This document shows positions 1 to 10,504 of a DNA stretch of 64,000 nt, piece by piece; the first letter of the stretch is position 1; every line of letters starts with the position of its first letter. The translations under genes and the position numbers were made by a program. The notes under the pieces are model-generated. The model ran no database searches, was not told the DNA's origin, and was given only the letters and a program-made list of their open reading frames with translations. This stretch comes from Methanomicrobia archaeon (GTDB lineage: Archaea; Halobacteriota; Bog-38; Methanoflorentales; Methanoflorentaceae), in contig JACTTZ010000005.1 in the NCBI GenBank assembly GCA_015660915.1, positions 29,035-93,034 on the forward strand, in the 5' to 3' direction.

Positions 1-368
1 ACTGTCCCCGAGAGAGGAAGGAGAAGAGGATAAGCGATATCAAGCGGCCAATTGAAGCAAACGGGGAACCTAACGAATGTCTGCTTAACCAAGGATTCAT
101 GTGCATGGGGCCCGCAACGCGTAGCGGGTGCGGCGCGCAATGTCCACAAGTCAATGCACCGTGCACAGGCTGCTACGGAGCAACAGCGTCTTCATATGAA
201 CAGGGCGCGGCGATGCTAAACGTAGTCGCATCAGCATACGGCTTAGATGATGATGGCACAGTCGACTTAAACGAGATGACTAAGGACGTCTATGATCCAA
301 TAGGCACCTTCTATCGTTATACGCTGCCTGTTTCACTTATTAAGGCGAAGATCACCGAAAAGAGGTAA
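1..368 (+). CDS. mvhG: F420-non-reducing [NiFe] hydrogenase small subunit, 3' part (runs off window start)
   Basis: Frame open from position 3: CPRERKEK...CLLNQGFMCMGPATRSGCGAQCP...PCTGCYG (distal Fe-S motifs); TAA overlaps ATG of the large subunit. Confidence 0.88.
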   Translation, partial: CPRERKEKRISDIKRPIEANGEPNECLLNQGFMCMGPATRSGCGAQCPQVNAPCTGCYGATASSYEQGAAMLNVVASAYGLDDDGTVDLNEMTKDVYDPIGTFYRYTLPVSLIKAKITEKR

Positions 369-1789
369 TGAATATGGGAAAGAAAATCACTTTAGAGCCC
401 GTATCGAGAGTGGAAGGTCACGCAAAAGTTACAGTAAACCTTAACGACGCAGGACAGGTTGACGATGCACACTTGCACATTGTTGAGATGCGTGGCTTTG
501 AAAAACTCCTGCAAGGGAGACCTATAGAAGATGCTCAGAGAATCGTAACGGCTATTTGTGGCATCTGTCCGGTCAGCCACCACCTTGCCTCTGCAAAGGC
601 GGCTGACAATACCTTCGGCGTTGAGATTCCACGTCCCGCTGCGCTGCTCCGCGAGCTTATGCATATGGGACAGATGATACACAGCCACACGCTGCACTTC
701 TTCTACCTTGCAGCGCCGGACCTCATATTCACGCCCGATGGCGATCCAAAGAAGCGGAACGTCTTTGGAGTGATTGAGGCAAATCCTGAGCTTGCAACAC
801 AAGTTGTCCTCAACAGAAAACGAGGCCAGGAGATGATACGGGCTATTGGTGGAAGAGCCGCGCCTGTCACCGCAAAGCCTGGCGGACTCACCAAGGGGAT
901 TACCGAAGACCAGCGTCAGAAGATGCTCAAGGACGCTCAGGACTCGATTGAATTCACAAAACTTGGCTTAGAGGTGGCTGCTCCGCTATTTGAGCAGTAT
1001 ATGGATGTCATAAAAATCCTTGGGGTCGTCAACACCCCCATGATGGGCTTAGTCAAGGACGGAAACCTCGAGATGTACGACGGAACGCTTCGCATGATGG
1101 ATACAGACGGCTCTATAATTAAGGAGTTTGATCCCACCAAATACGCGGACTACATTCAGGAGAATTACCAAGATTGGTCGTACCTAAAATTCCCGTATTG
1201 GAAGGAGAAGGGCTGGCCTGATGGTATCTATCGCGTTGCGCCGCTGGCCCGCATAAACGTGTGCGACAAGATCTCAACACCGCTGGCCAACGATATGCTC
1301 ACGGACTTTAGAGCCGCTTTTGGAAGGATGCCACAGCAGACGTTACTCTATCACTACGCAAGGCTGATTGAGTTGATGTACGCCAGCGAACGTGCTGTTG
1401 AGCTCCTTAACGATCCAGACATAACCAGCACAGACGTTTGGGCAAAGCCCGAACCGCGAGCGGCTACAGGCGTTGGCGTTCTCGAAGCGCCGAGAGGGAC
1501 GCTCATCCACGAGTACAGCACAAACGATGAGGGCTTCATAACGAAGGCCAACCTGATCGTTTCAACCGGTCACAACCAAGGAGCGATGGATTTGGGGGTT
1601 CGCGAGGCCGCGAAACTCCTGATAAAGGACGGCGAACCACAGGAAGGATTACTCAATCGGCTTGAAATGGTCATCCGAGCTTACGACCCGTGCTTCTCGT
1701 GTGCAACCCACACGATTGACGGACGCTGGCCAGTCAAACTTGAACTTGTGGGACCCGACGGAAGAACCAGAACGTACACCAACTACTAG
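368..1789 (+). CDS. mvhA: [NiFe] hydrogenase large subunit, group 3c (Mvh type)
   Basis: SRVEGH, ICGICPVSH, EAPRG, DPCFSCATH plus cleavable C-terminal extension; follows mvhG. Confidence 0.9.
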   Translation: MNMGKKITLEPVSRVEGHAKVTVNLNDAGQVDDAHLHIVEMRGFEKLLQGRPIEDAQRIVTAICGICPVSHHLASAKAADNTFGVEIPRPAALLRELMHMGQMIHSHTLHFFYLAAPDLIFTPDGDPKKRNVFGVIEANPELATQVVLNRKRGQEMIRAIGGRAAPVTAKPGGLTKGITEDQRQKMLKDAQDSIEFTKLGLEVAAPLFEQYMDVIKILGVVNTPMMGLVKDGNLEMYDGTLRMMDTDGSIIKEFDPTKYADYIQENYQDWSYLKFPYWKEKGWPDGIYRVAPLARINVCDKISTPLANDMLTDFRAAFGRMPQQTLLYHYARLIELMYASERAVELLNDPDITSTDVWAKPEPRAATGVGVLEAPRGTLIHEYSTNDEGFITKANLIVSTGHNQGAMDLGVREAAKLLIKDGEPQEGLLNRLEMVIRAYDPCFSCATHTIDGRWPVKLELVGPDGRTRTYTNY

Positions 1790-1829
1790 AAAAATTAGAA
1801 CTGATAAGGCAAAAATGCCTTATCTCCCA

Positions 1830-1848
1830 CTTCTTTTTTGATTTTTTT
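1830..1848 (+). terminator. oligo-T archaeal terminator after mvhA
   Basis: cttcttttttgattttttt ~40 nt after the stop, between convergent genes. Confidence 0.5.
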
Positions 1849-1891
1849 AATATCTCTTGGATTTTCGCTTTCTAATCTTACATACCCAACG

Positions 1892-2872
1892 CTATCTACA
1901 AGCGACGGCGCCGATACCCATGATGGTATCCTGAGCAAAATCCCACACAACGACCTTCTCAGCGTTGTTCGTGATCTCAAGTTTTCTCGTTTCTGTGATT
2001 TCACCTATTTTCGCGGCGGCCATGCCGGCCTCTTCGAAGATGCTTACGACCTCTTGCACGTTCTGTGGTTGAACGGTTAACACGAATCCCATTCCTGGAT
2101 ACATCCGCAGCCATAGATGCATGTCCATGCCATCGGGGATCGGAATCCGGTCCAATTCTACGACAGCGCCCGCTTCAGAAACTTCGAGCAACATACCGAG
2201 TGTGCCGAGCAAACCTGGATTGCTGATGTCTTTTCCCGCCGTCACTAAGTGTTGTTGCGCGAGGCGAGGCATGGTCTGCAGCTGTCTGCGGAGCAGCTCG
2301 GGATGCTTCATCGTCGTCGTGTCCCAACAGAGACTGCACGATGGGTGGACCCTCCCGTCTAAGTCGACGGCAGCGAGGACGTCCTGTCCCTCTTGGGCCG
2401 TGCAGCTGTAAATGACCGAGTCAGTCTTTGCGGTGCCAATGATGGCCACGTCGAGCGCGTTATAAGTAGTGTCGGGGTGCACGTGCCCTCCAACGACCGG
2501 CACGCCGAATTTCTTTGTGGCTTCGCTCATGCCCGCCAAGACTCGGTTGCAGACTTCAGTCGAACTCGCCGAAAATACGTCGACCAGCGCCAGAGGGGTA
2601 CCCCCCATAGCTAAAATGTCGTGAATATTTACGAGGACTGCACAGTACCCCGCCCACTCAGGGTCCGCATCCATGAGCTTGGACCAGATGCCATCAGCAG
2701 CGATCAAAAGCGACTCGTCACCCCGCTCGATTACAGCGGCGTCCTCTCCAAAATTGCCTGTGCTGAGATCCGCGTCGAACCATTTCACGAGCGGACCTAT
2801 CGCGCGCTTCCGTGCGACGCCTTCAAAATCACGAACCGACTGCGCTAATTCGTCCAGTTTCATGTCGTTCAC
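1892..2872 (-). CDS. methanogenesis marker 2 protein (AIR synthase/PurM-like)
   Basis: FEGVARKRAI, FGEDAAVI, AADGIW, VNIHDILAMGG, GGHVHPD, GKDISNPG. Confidence 0.85.
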   Translation of the reverse strand: MNDMKLDELAQSVRDFEGVARKRAIGPLVKWFDADLSTGNFGEDAAVIERGDESLLIAADGIWSKLMDADPEWAGYCAVLVNIHDILAMGGTPLALVDVFSASSTEVCNRVLAGMSEATKKFGVPVVGGHVHPDTTYNALDVAIIGTAKTDSVIYSCTAQEGQDVLAAVDLDGRVHPSCSLCWDTTTMKHPELLRRQLQTMPRLAQQHLVTAGKDISNPGLLGTLGMLLEVSEAGAVVELDRIPIPDGMDMHLWLRMYPGMGFVLTVQPQNVQEVVSIFEEAGMAAAKIGEITETRKLEITNNAEKVVVWDFAQDTIMGIGAVACR

Positions 2873-2946
2873 AAAACATTAATAGGCATAGGGGGTTCTT
2901 ATATCCTTATACTGCTCCTATCTCTTGATTTCTGCGCTCGATTACT

Positions 2947-4713
2947 ATGGACCTCGTCGAGAAGTACCGTCCGAGAACTCTTTTAGAAGTGAGAGGCAAC
3001 CGCAAAGCTGTCGAAGAGCTCCGCCAATGGGCATTGCACTGGCCATCTGACAAATTGGCAGCATTGCTGTACGGTAAGCCCGGCACAGGCAAAACGTCAG
3101 CTGCAGCTGCGTTGGCAGCTGACATGGGGTGGCAGTTACTCGAGCTCAATGCCAGCGACAAGCGGACTCAAGGCATCATCAACGAAACGGCCGGAGAAGC
3201 GTCAAAAAGCGCATCTCTTCTAAACACCCAGAAACTGATACTGCTTGATGAGATTGATAACCTACACGGTACGTCTGATCGCGGCGGGGCAAAAGCGGTT
3301 ACTGAGCTCGTCAAAAAAACACGCGCACCTGTGATCCTGACCGCTAACGACCTGTACAGCGTTTCGCCAACGCTGCGCGGATACTGCAAACAAATAGCCT
3401 TTTTCGCTATCAGGGAGCAGAGCGCACAAAAAGCGCTCTTGGATATTTGGCACAACGAGAGAAGGGAAACCCTCCGCGCTCAAGAAGCGGTTGCTGACGT
3501 AATAACCCATCTTGAACAGCCGGAGCGCGCTTCTGAAGATACCGTCGAACTAAAGGCAATTAGCGCTGATCTCGACATTCTGTCACAGCTCGACTTTGAC
3601 CTCGAAGTCCTCCGTAAGATTCACAAAGCGCAGGAAGCGGCTGCTGGCGTAATGGCCCGTCTTGAACAGCCGGAGCGAAATGCAGGCGGCGCAGCCGAAC
3701 TAAAGGCAGTAACCGCAGATTTACAAGTGCTAACAGATTTGTCCGGTCAGCTTAGAAATCTGCAAGAGACACTCTCAGATGTCGGTCGCTCATTGGAGGC
3801 CGTCGATGTTCCCCTGATCGCGCAGATCGCGAAAAATGCAAACGGAGATCTGCGGTCAGCAATCACTGACTTTCAAGCGTACATCGGCGGAGCCCATGTG
3901 GGAACTGCGGCCCGCGATCGTGCTCAATCAGCTTTTGACTTGATGAGAAGCATCTTTAACGACAGAGACCCGACACGGCCCCTCACTATTTCGTACGCAG
4001 TGGACCAAACGCCAGAGGACCTTGTCCATTGGATCGACGAAAATCTCCCGCGCGCTTTGGAAGGAGAGGGGCTCGCGCACGCATATCAGGTATTGGGTAG
4101 GGCTGATATCTACCTCGGACGAACGAGGAAACGACAACACTACGGCCTGTGGAGATATGCCGCTGAGCTCATGACGTCAGGAGTGAACGTAGCGGCTCAT
4201 CATAACCACGGGCGACGTAATGCGGCCGCCAAGTATTCACCACCGACCCATTGGATGCGACTTGGGCAGACGCGGTCGAGACGTGCTTTACGGGATGGTG
4301 TTGCGTCCAAAATAGCCTCCGCAAATCACGTCTCTGCCGCAAAAGCGCGGGAAGAAATTGTACCGTTATATAAAGAGTTTGCACTAATAGACGCCGCAGG
4401 CATAACTGCAGCACTAAATCTGAGTGCCGAGGAGCTCGCGTTCTTAATGAGTGCTAAAAAGGACGCTGTAGCGGTGAAAAAAGCGTTGGAAGAAGCAGAA
4501 CGATTGATCGGCGAACAGATGCCCAAACATGAGCCGATCCCAGAGCACGGCGCGCCGGTCGATTTCGACACACAACATTCGAGACCTGAAGATTACGGCA
4601 ATTCAGCTTCAGAGTTGCGAATCTCGCACGGCAGCAAACAGCCAGCAGCAGACCTCGCCGACAAACGCAAAACCGAGGCCGATCGCGGACAAAAATACCT
4701 AGACGAGTACTAA
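2947..4713 (+). CDS. rfcL: replication factor C large subunit, with an internal insertion
   Basis: VEKYRP, GKPGTGKTS, ELNASDKR, LDEIDNL, GDLRSAI, WIDENLP. Confidence 0.9.
   Translation: MDLVEKYRPRTLLEVRGNRKAVEELRQWALHWPSDKLAALLYGKPGTGKTSAAAALAADMGWQLLELNASDKRTQGIINETAGEASKSASLLNTQKLILLDEIDNLHGTSDRGGAKAVTELVKKTRAPVILTANDLYSVSPTLRGYCKQIAFFAIREQSAQKALLDIWHNERRETLRAQEAVADVITHLEQPERASEDTVELKAISADLDILSQLDFDLEVLRKIHKAQEAAAGVMARLEQPERNAGGAAELKAVTADLQVLTDLSGQLRNLQETLSDVGRSLEAVDVPLIAQIAKNANGDLRSAITDFQAYIGGAHVGTAARDRAQSAFDLMRSIFNDRDPTRPLTISYAVDQTPEDLVHWIDENLPRALEGEGLAHAYQVLGRADIYLGRTRKRQHYGLWRYAAELMTSGVNVAAHHNHGRRNAAAKYSPPTHWMRLGQTRSRRALRDGVASKIASANHVSAAKAREEIVPLYKEFALIDAAGITAALNLSAEELAFLMSAKKDAVAVKKALEEAERLIGEQMPKHEPIPEHGAPVDFDTQHSRPEDYGNSASELRISHGSKQPAADLADKRKTEADRGQKYLDEY
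3478..3735 (+). repeat. imperfect in-frame duplication, 150 nt period, inside rfcL
   Basis: cttgaacagccggagcg at 3511 and 3661; AQEAVADVITHLEQPER...ELKAISADL vs AQEAAAGVMARLEQPER...ELKAVTADL. Confidence 0.85.
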
Positions 4714-5561
4714 GCCCGATCGACGAAAGCGCTCCCCCCCATTTGCTCGTTGAATCGCTTAAAGATCTGCATCATCACGCTGTTTTGTAGGAGGATTTCC
4801 TGCATATACTTGTGCGCGCGTTTCTTCGCGTACTTGTCTTCAACGAACTCGATGCCCGCGTAATCAACCCGCGTGAGGATGAGTCCTGAAGCAGGCGCTG
4901 ATCGAATCCCTTCAGTATGCCCATTTGGATCGAGCATGTTGCCAAACCACGCTACGCTTCGTTGTCCATTCCCTACAAGGGTCAGGGCAGTAACGAGTTT
5001 CCTCATCATGTTCCATACGAAACTGTCAGCCGCAACCTCAATGACAATGAAGTCATCCGACACTCGAACACGTGATGAGAAGACCTTTCGAACAGTAGAT
5101 CGACCTTTCTCGAGGCTGAAATTGCGAAAATCATGAACGCCTAGCAAAAGATCAGATGCTAGTCGCATAGCGTGAACGTCAAACTGCGCATCACACAAGA
5201 CATACTGATACTCACGCAGAACGGCGTCGCGGCGGGCATCGAACTGCATAGGTACGTCGGCTCGTGCCCACGTCCAGATATCCTTTGGCAACTGACTATT
5301 GATCCGCCGAGGGATTGCTGACGAACCTACCTCCGTTTCAAACGAAATGACGGCGTCGACAGCGTGTACTCCCTTGTCCGTTCTCCCAGAAGCCGTAAAA
5401 TGAGCCCCAGCTATTTCTTCAATCAATCGCGCACGTCTCAAGGCTTCGACAACTGCCGCCTGCACGGTTCGCCGGCCCGGTTGTGCCTGAAAACCTGCGT
5501 AATGGGTTCCTACGTACGCAAGCCGCAGGGCAACTCTTGATTTTTCCATGGATAGCGTCAA
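4710..5561 (-). CDS. truA: tRNA pseudouridine(38-40) synthase
   Basis: AYVGTHYAGFQAQP, SGRTDKGVHA, HDFRNFS, FVWNMMRK; true start may be ATG 5549. Confidence 0.92.
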   Translation of the reverse strand: MTLSMEKSRVALRLAYVGTHYAGFQAQPGRRTVQAAVVEALRRARLIEEIAGAHFTASGRTDKGVHAVDAVISFETEVGSSAIPRRINSQLPKDIWTWARADVPMQFDARRDAVLREYQYVLCDAQFDVHAMRLASDLLLGVHDFRNFSLEKGRSTVRKVFSSRVRVSDDFIVIEVAADSFVWNMMRKLVTALTLVGNGQRSVAWFGNMLDPNGHTEGIRSAPASGLILTRVDYAGIEFVEDKYAKKRAHKYMQEILLQNSVMMQIFKRFNEQMGGSAFVDRA

Positions 5562-5801
5562 CTCAATAGAGCAATCACGTGATTTAAAGCTTTCAATGAT
5601 TGCGCGGCACAGTTCGACCTGATTGCTCCTAGCTTGCTGACCTTATGCTTAAGTGCCGTTCAGATGCGTTAAACAGCCCCATAGCCCCTCCATATGGTCA
5701 ACACTGAAGACAGTAACATATTTACCCCATACTCGTGATTAGCATAAAAGACGGGTGACTTTGGAACTCATGCAGAGCAGCTTCCTGGACCTACAGAAGA
5801 A

Positions 5802-6881
5802 ATGATGAAGGCGATTCTCGGGTTTGAAAACGGCGTTGCGGTAGTCGGCAAACATTTTGGAGCGAAGCGCACCGTGACAGGCGAGCTTGTGTTCGCCACT
5901 CCGTACACCGGTTACGTAGAGGCGTTAACCGATCCCTCCTATAACGGCCAAATCTTGCTTTTTACGTACCCACTGGTAGGTAACTACGGCATAAACTACG
6001 ATGACTGCCAATCAGAGAGCATACAAGCTGAAGGATTTGTCATCAGAGAACTCTGTGAGCACCCCACAAATGACCGAACGCTCGACGGGTTCCTCAAGGC
6101 TCACGACGTTCCCGGCATTTCGGATATCGACACGCGTATGATCACTATAATGATCCGTGACGAAGGCGCAATGCGGGCAAGTCTGTTACCTTCCACTCGA
6201 GGCGGAGACGCCGATGTGAAAAGGGCCATTGACCTTGCTCGCCGCGCACCAGATATCGCTGATCTTGACCTCCTCTCAGAGGTTACCTGCCCAGATGCGT
6301 ACCGCATTCCTGGCAAAGGGAAGCGTTTCGTGCTTATGGACTTTGGCGTGAAGCGGAACACGCTTAAAAACCTCCAGCGTCGCGACGTTGACCTAATCGT
6401 CGTGCCTGCCAATACTTCTGGGAAACAAATCATGGACTACGAACCTGATGCGATACTGCTTTCCAACGGTCCCGGAGATCCTACGCAGGCAAAAAAAGGG
6501 ATCAGTGTGGTGCGTGAGCTCGCAGGAACCCTGCCCATCTTCGGCATATGTCTCGGACATCAGATTATCGCGCTCGCCCTAGACGGAGAGACTTACAAAC
6601 TCAAGTTTGGACATCGAGGTGCAAATCAGCCCGTTTTGGATCTTCGAACCCAGCGGGTATACATTACCGCACAAAATCACGGTTACGCCGTGCGGAACGA
6701 CGAACGGGACAAGATGACGGTCACACAAGTAAACGCCAACGACAACACCGTCGAAGGCATTGCAAATGAATACCTGCATATTATGAGCGTGCAATATCAT
6801 CCTGAAGCGTCTCCCGGCCCACATGACCTCGAAAAATCGTTTTTCGACCACATTACAGAAGTCGCGGGTCGCCCCCTTTAA
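5802..6881 (+). CDS. carA: carbamoyl-phosphate synthase small subunit
   Basis: LTDPSY, SNGPGDP, GICLGHQ, KFGHRGANQP, QYHPEASPGPHD. Confidence 0.97.
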   Translation: MMKAILGFENGVAVVGKHFGAKRTVTGELVFATPYTGYVEALTDPSYNGQILLFTYPLVGNYGINYDDCQSESIQAEGFVIRELCEHPTNDRTLDGFLKAHDVPGISDIDTRMITIMIRDEGAMRASLLPSTRGGDADVKRAIDLARRAPDIADLDLLSEVTCPDAYRIPGKGKRFVLMDFGVKRNTLKNLQRRDVDLIVVPANTSGKQIMDYEPDAILLSNGPGDPTQAKKGISVVRELAGTLPIFGICLGHQIIALALDGETYKLKFGHRGANQPVLDLRTQRVYITAQNHGYAVRNDERDKMTVTQVNANDNTVEGIANEYLHIMSVQYHPEASPGPHDLEKSFFDHITEVAGRPL

Positions 6882-6914
6882 AGGGGCGAATCCCCTGAAG
6901 AACGCTGATGAATC

Positions 6915-9900
6915 ATGCCTAAAAGAGCAGACATAGAGAAGGTACTACTCATCGGCTCCGGTCCGATCGTGATCGGTCAAGCAGCCGAGTTCGATTTCAG
7001 CGGAAGCCAAGCGTGTACCTCGCTGCGAGAAGAGGGTGTGAGGGTGGCATTGGTAAACTCAAATCCTGCGACCATTATGACCGATCCGAACATGGCGGAC
7101 GCGGTGTACATCGAACCTCTCAAGCCCGACATTGTAGCTGCGATCGTACGAAAGGAACAGCCCGATGGAATCATCGCGGGTCTTGGTGGCCAAACGGGCC
7201 TCAATATTACCGCCGAACTGGCGGAGATGGGCGTTTTAGCAGAAAACGACGTTGAACCTCTTGGAACGCCACTGGAAACTATCTACATGGCCGAGGATAG
7301 GGAGCGGTTCAGGACAACGATGGAAGACATCGGAGAAGGGGTCCCGCGAAGCCACGCGGTCTACGACTCGAACGACTACCAATGGTTAGCCAGCGAACTC
7401 GGGTTGCCCCTAATCGTCCGATCGGCGTACACTCTTGGCGGTGGTGGAAGCGGCATCGCCAGGACTGAGGCACAGCTCAAAGCCATCATCGAGGGCGGGA
7501 TCAAAAAGTCACGGATTGGCCAAGTCTTGGTAGAAGAAAGCGTCCTCGGATGGAAGGAGTTCGAATACGAGGTTATGCGCGATTCAGGAGATACCTGTAT
7601 CACCATCTGCAACATGGAAAACGTCGATCCCATGGGCGTCCACACGGGCGAGTCGATCGTCGTGACGCCCTCGCAAACTCTTTCTGACGTGGAACACCAG
7701 ATGCTGCGGAGCGCATCAATACGGATTATCAGGGCACTCAAGATTGAGGGCGGGTGCAACATACAATTCGCCCTAAAGGACGGTGAGTATCGCGTCATAG
7801 AAGTTAACCCGCGGGTGTCACGCTCATCGGCACTTGCTTCGAAAGCGACGGGGTACCCTATAGCGCGTGTATCAGCAAAGATCGCTATCGGGATGCGATT
7901 AAGCGAGATCCCCAACCGAGTTACCAACGAAACGCCAGCCTCATTTGAGCCGACCATCGATTATACGGTCATCAAGATACCGCGGTGGCCTTTTGACAAG
8001 TTCACGCGCGCGGATAATACCTTAGGAACCTCGATGAAAAGCACGGGCGAAGTCATGGCGATTGGTCGAACGCTTGAGGAGTCACTTCAGAAAGCCATCC
8101 GATCGCTCGATTTGGACATAGCGGTTTCCTTCGCCGAAGATCCCATCGACTCGATATCGATCCCGACCGATAAGCGACTATTTCAGATCTATAGCGCCCT
8201 CAAGCAAGGTCACGCTATCGAGGAAATAGCACAGCGTGCGATGATAGATCCATTTTTTATAAGGAAGATCTGGAATATCGTCAATTTTGAGGCGTACATC
8301 GAATCGAAGTACCGAAACGGGGACGCTAAAAGGATCAGCGCTGCAGATCTGCGACAAGCAAAGCGTCTCGGATTCACTGACCAGCAAATTGCCGACCTAG
8401 CAGGTCTGGTCCGCGAACATGTCACGGATCTCAGACATCGGAGAACACACAACATAACGGCAACATATAAGATGGTCGACACGTGTGCGGCCGAGTTTAA
8501 AGCCCAGACACCATACTACTACTCAACCTACGAGCAGCAGAACGAGATTGTGCCCTCAAACCGAACGAAAGTGCTTATCGTAGGGGCAGGACCCATCAGA
8601 ATAGGACAAGGGATTGAATTTGACTATTGTACGGTCCACGCGGTGCTCTCGCTGCGAGAAGAGGGCATAGAAGCGCATATCATAAACAACAATCCTGAAA
8701 CGGTTTCAACAGACTATGACACATCTGACAAACTCTTTTTCGAACCCCTGACGCTGGAAGACGTGATGAATATCATTGAAAAAGAGGAGCCTCAAGGCGT
8801 TCTTGTGCAATTCGGAGGCCAAACTTCGGTCAACCTCGCAATCCCTCTAGAGAGAGAGATGAAACGCAGAGGGTTTTCGACAAGAATCCTGGGCACGTCC
8901 CCCGATTCTATCGACATTGCCGAAGACCGAGATCGGTTTTCGAAGCTATTGGAGCGACTTTCTATACCCCAGCCGGAAAGCGGTTCCGCGACGTCGCGCG
9001 AGGGTGCAATTCGTATCGCACGAGAGATCGGTTATCCGCTACTCGTGAGGCCTTCATACGTCCTTGGGGGCCGCGCTATGGAGATCGTTTACGATGAGTC
9101 TGAGTTAGACCGTTATATCGAGGAGGCTGTGAAGGTATCGAGACAACACCCGGTGTTAATCGATCGGTTCTTACAACACGCTGTTGAGATTGATGTCGAC
9201 GCGGTTAGCGACGGAGACTTCGTTCTGGTACCCGCCATAATGGAGCATATCGAAGAGGCCGGAATTCATTCCGGTGACTCGGCGGTCGTCATCCCAGCTC
9301 AATCGATTGACGATGAGACGCAAGAAACCATTAAGGACTACGTAACGAGAATAGCCAAGGCGTTGAACGTCGTTGGACTCATCAATCTTCAAATGGCGAT
9401 CAAAGACGGCACAGTCTACGTCCTTGAAGCAAATCCACGGTCGAGTCGGACGATCCCATACGTGTCAAAAGCTACCGGCTTGCCGCTGGCAAAGATCGCC
9501 GCCAAAGTGATCATGGGACACAGCTTGCGAGCGCTTTGTCCGATCGAACAAAAGATGAAGCATGTTGCCGTGAAAGAGGTGGTGCTCCCCTTTGAGAAGC
9601 TGCCCGGCGTAGATCCGATATTAGGCCCTGAAATGAAGAGCACGGGAGAGGTCATGGGTATAGATTACGACTTCGGAAGGGCATTTTACAAGGCGGCGCT
9701 TGCGAGCGACAATGAACTCCCACTTTCAGGCACAGTGTTTATTTCGGTAAGGGACGAAGACAAACCTGAGTTGTGCAGCATCGCAAAATCGCTGCACAAC
9801 GCCGGATTCAAATTATTGGCAACGCTTGGCACAGCAAACTATCTACGGGAGCACAGCGTCGCAGTTGAAAGGGTGCCAAAACTCACCGACAGCCCAGAGC

Positions 9901-10157
9901 TTCTGGACATGATGCGCAACGGCGGGATACAACTGATAATAAACACCCCGACTTGGAAGCAATCACGACTTGACGGAGAGGTGCTGCGGCGTGCAGCTGT
10001 TGATAATAGCGTGCCTTACATAACAAGCGTTCAAGGAGCTCGAGCGTCGGCCGACGCTATTCACACCATGCTTGAACATTGCGATAAGCCTCGCGCTCAG
10101 AATCTCACAATCAGGCCTATAAACAGCTATATTAGCGACATGTGGCCACAAAGCTGA
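6915..10157 (+). CDS. carB: carbamoyl-phosphate synthase large subunit
   Basis: GSGPIVIGQAAEFDFSG, EVNPRVSRSS, IGQGIEFDY, C-terminal MGS domain. Confidence 0.98.
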   Translation: MPKRADIEKVLLIGSGPIVIGQAAEFDFSGSQACTSLREEGVRVALVNSNPATIMTDPNMADAVYIEPLKPDIVAAIVRKEQPDGIIAGLGGQTGLNITAELAEMGVLAENDVEPLGTPLETIYMAEDRERFRTTMEDIGEGVPRSHAVYDSNDYQWLASELGLPLIVRSAYTLGGGGSGIARTEAQLKAIIEGGIKKSRIGQVLVEESVLGWKEFEYEVMRDSGDTCITICNMENVDPMGVHTGESIVVTPSQTLSDVEHQMLRSASIRIIRALKIEGGCNIQFALKDGEYRVIEVNPRVSRSSALASKATGYPIARVSAKIAIGMRLSEIPNRVTNETPASFEPTIDYTVIKIPRWPFDKFTRADNTLGTSMKSTGEVMAIGRTLEESLQKAIRSLDLDIAVSFAEDPIDSISIPTDKRLFQIYSALKQGHAIEEIAQRAMIDPFFIRKIWNIVNFEAYIESKYRNGDAKRISAADLRQAKRLGFTDQQIADLAGLVREHVTDLRHRRTHNITATYKMVDTCAAEFKAQTPYYYSTYEQQNEIVPSNRTKVLIVGAGPIRIGQGIEFDYCTVHAVLSLREEGIEAHIINNNPETVSTDYDTSDKLFFEPLTLEDVMNIIEKEEPQGVLVQFGGQTSVNLAIPLEREMKRRGFSTRILGTSPDSIDIAEDRDRFSKLLERLSIPQPESGSATSREGAIRIAREIGYPLLVRPSYVLGGRAMEIVYDESELDRYIEEAVKVSRQHPVLIDRFLQHAVEIDVDAVSDGDFVLVPAIMEHIEEAGIHSGDSAVVIPAQSIDDETQETIKDYVTRIAKALNVVGLINLQMAIKDGTVYVLEANPRSSRTIPYVSKATGLPLAKIAAKVIMGHSLRALCPIEQKMKHVAVKEVVLPFEKLPGVDPILGPEMKSTGEVMGIDYDFGRAFYKAALASDNELPLSGTVFISVRDEDKPELCSIAKSLHNAGFKLLATLGTANYLREHSVAVERVPKLTDSPELLDMMRNGGIQLIINTPTWKQSRLDGEVLRRAAVDNSVPYITSVQGARASADAIHTMLEHCDKPRAQNLTIRPINSYISDMWPQS

Positions 10158-10504
10158 CAGTGAGGTTATGTGCTGCTTTAATCGGGGCGGGATAGGCGAA
10201 ACGGCTGCTTAAAGAACCGCGTCACTTGTCACAGGCACGCCGTTTCTGCGTTTGCAAACGGAAGTTGGTCACAAGAGACTGTAAGCAGCTAGGTCTTGAT
10301 GCCGTTGAAGAACTAGCTATCCTGCGCTTGTTAGCGTCGCGCTATCTGCTGGACAGAGAACCCCTTTAGTTCAAGCTTTGTTGAGCGTGGCGACTAATAT
10401 GCATCTGCCACTGTAATGCGTTAAGAGGCTCATAATTGACACTCGTTCGTTAATCCGCAGTGAAAACGCTTTTAAGCTCGCGCGTGTAACTGTGAAGCGA
10501 TATT

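Noticed and set aside
3445-3810. Intein in RFC large subunit
   Set aside because: No splice-junction residues or endonuclease motifs
6868-6889. Hairpin TCGCCCCC/AGGGGCGA at the carA stop as an attenuator
   Set aside because: Single short stem with no T-tract; function unsupported
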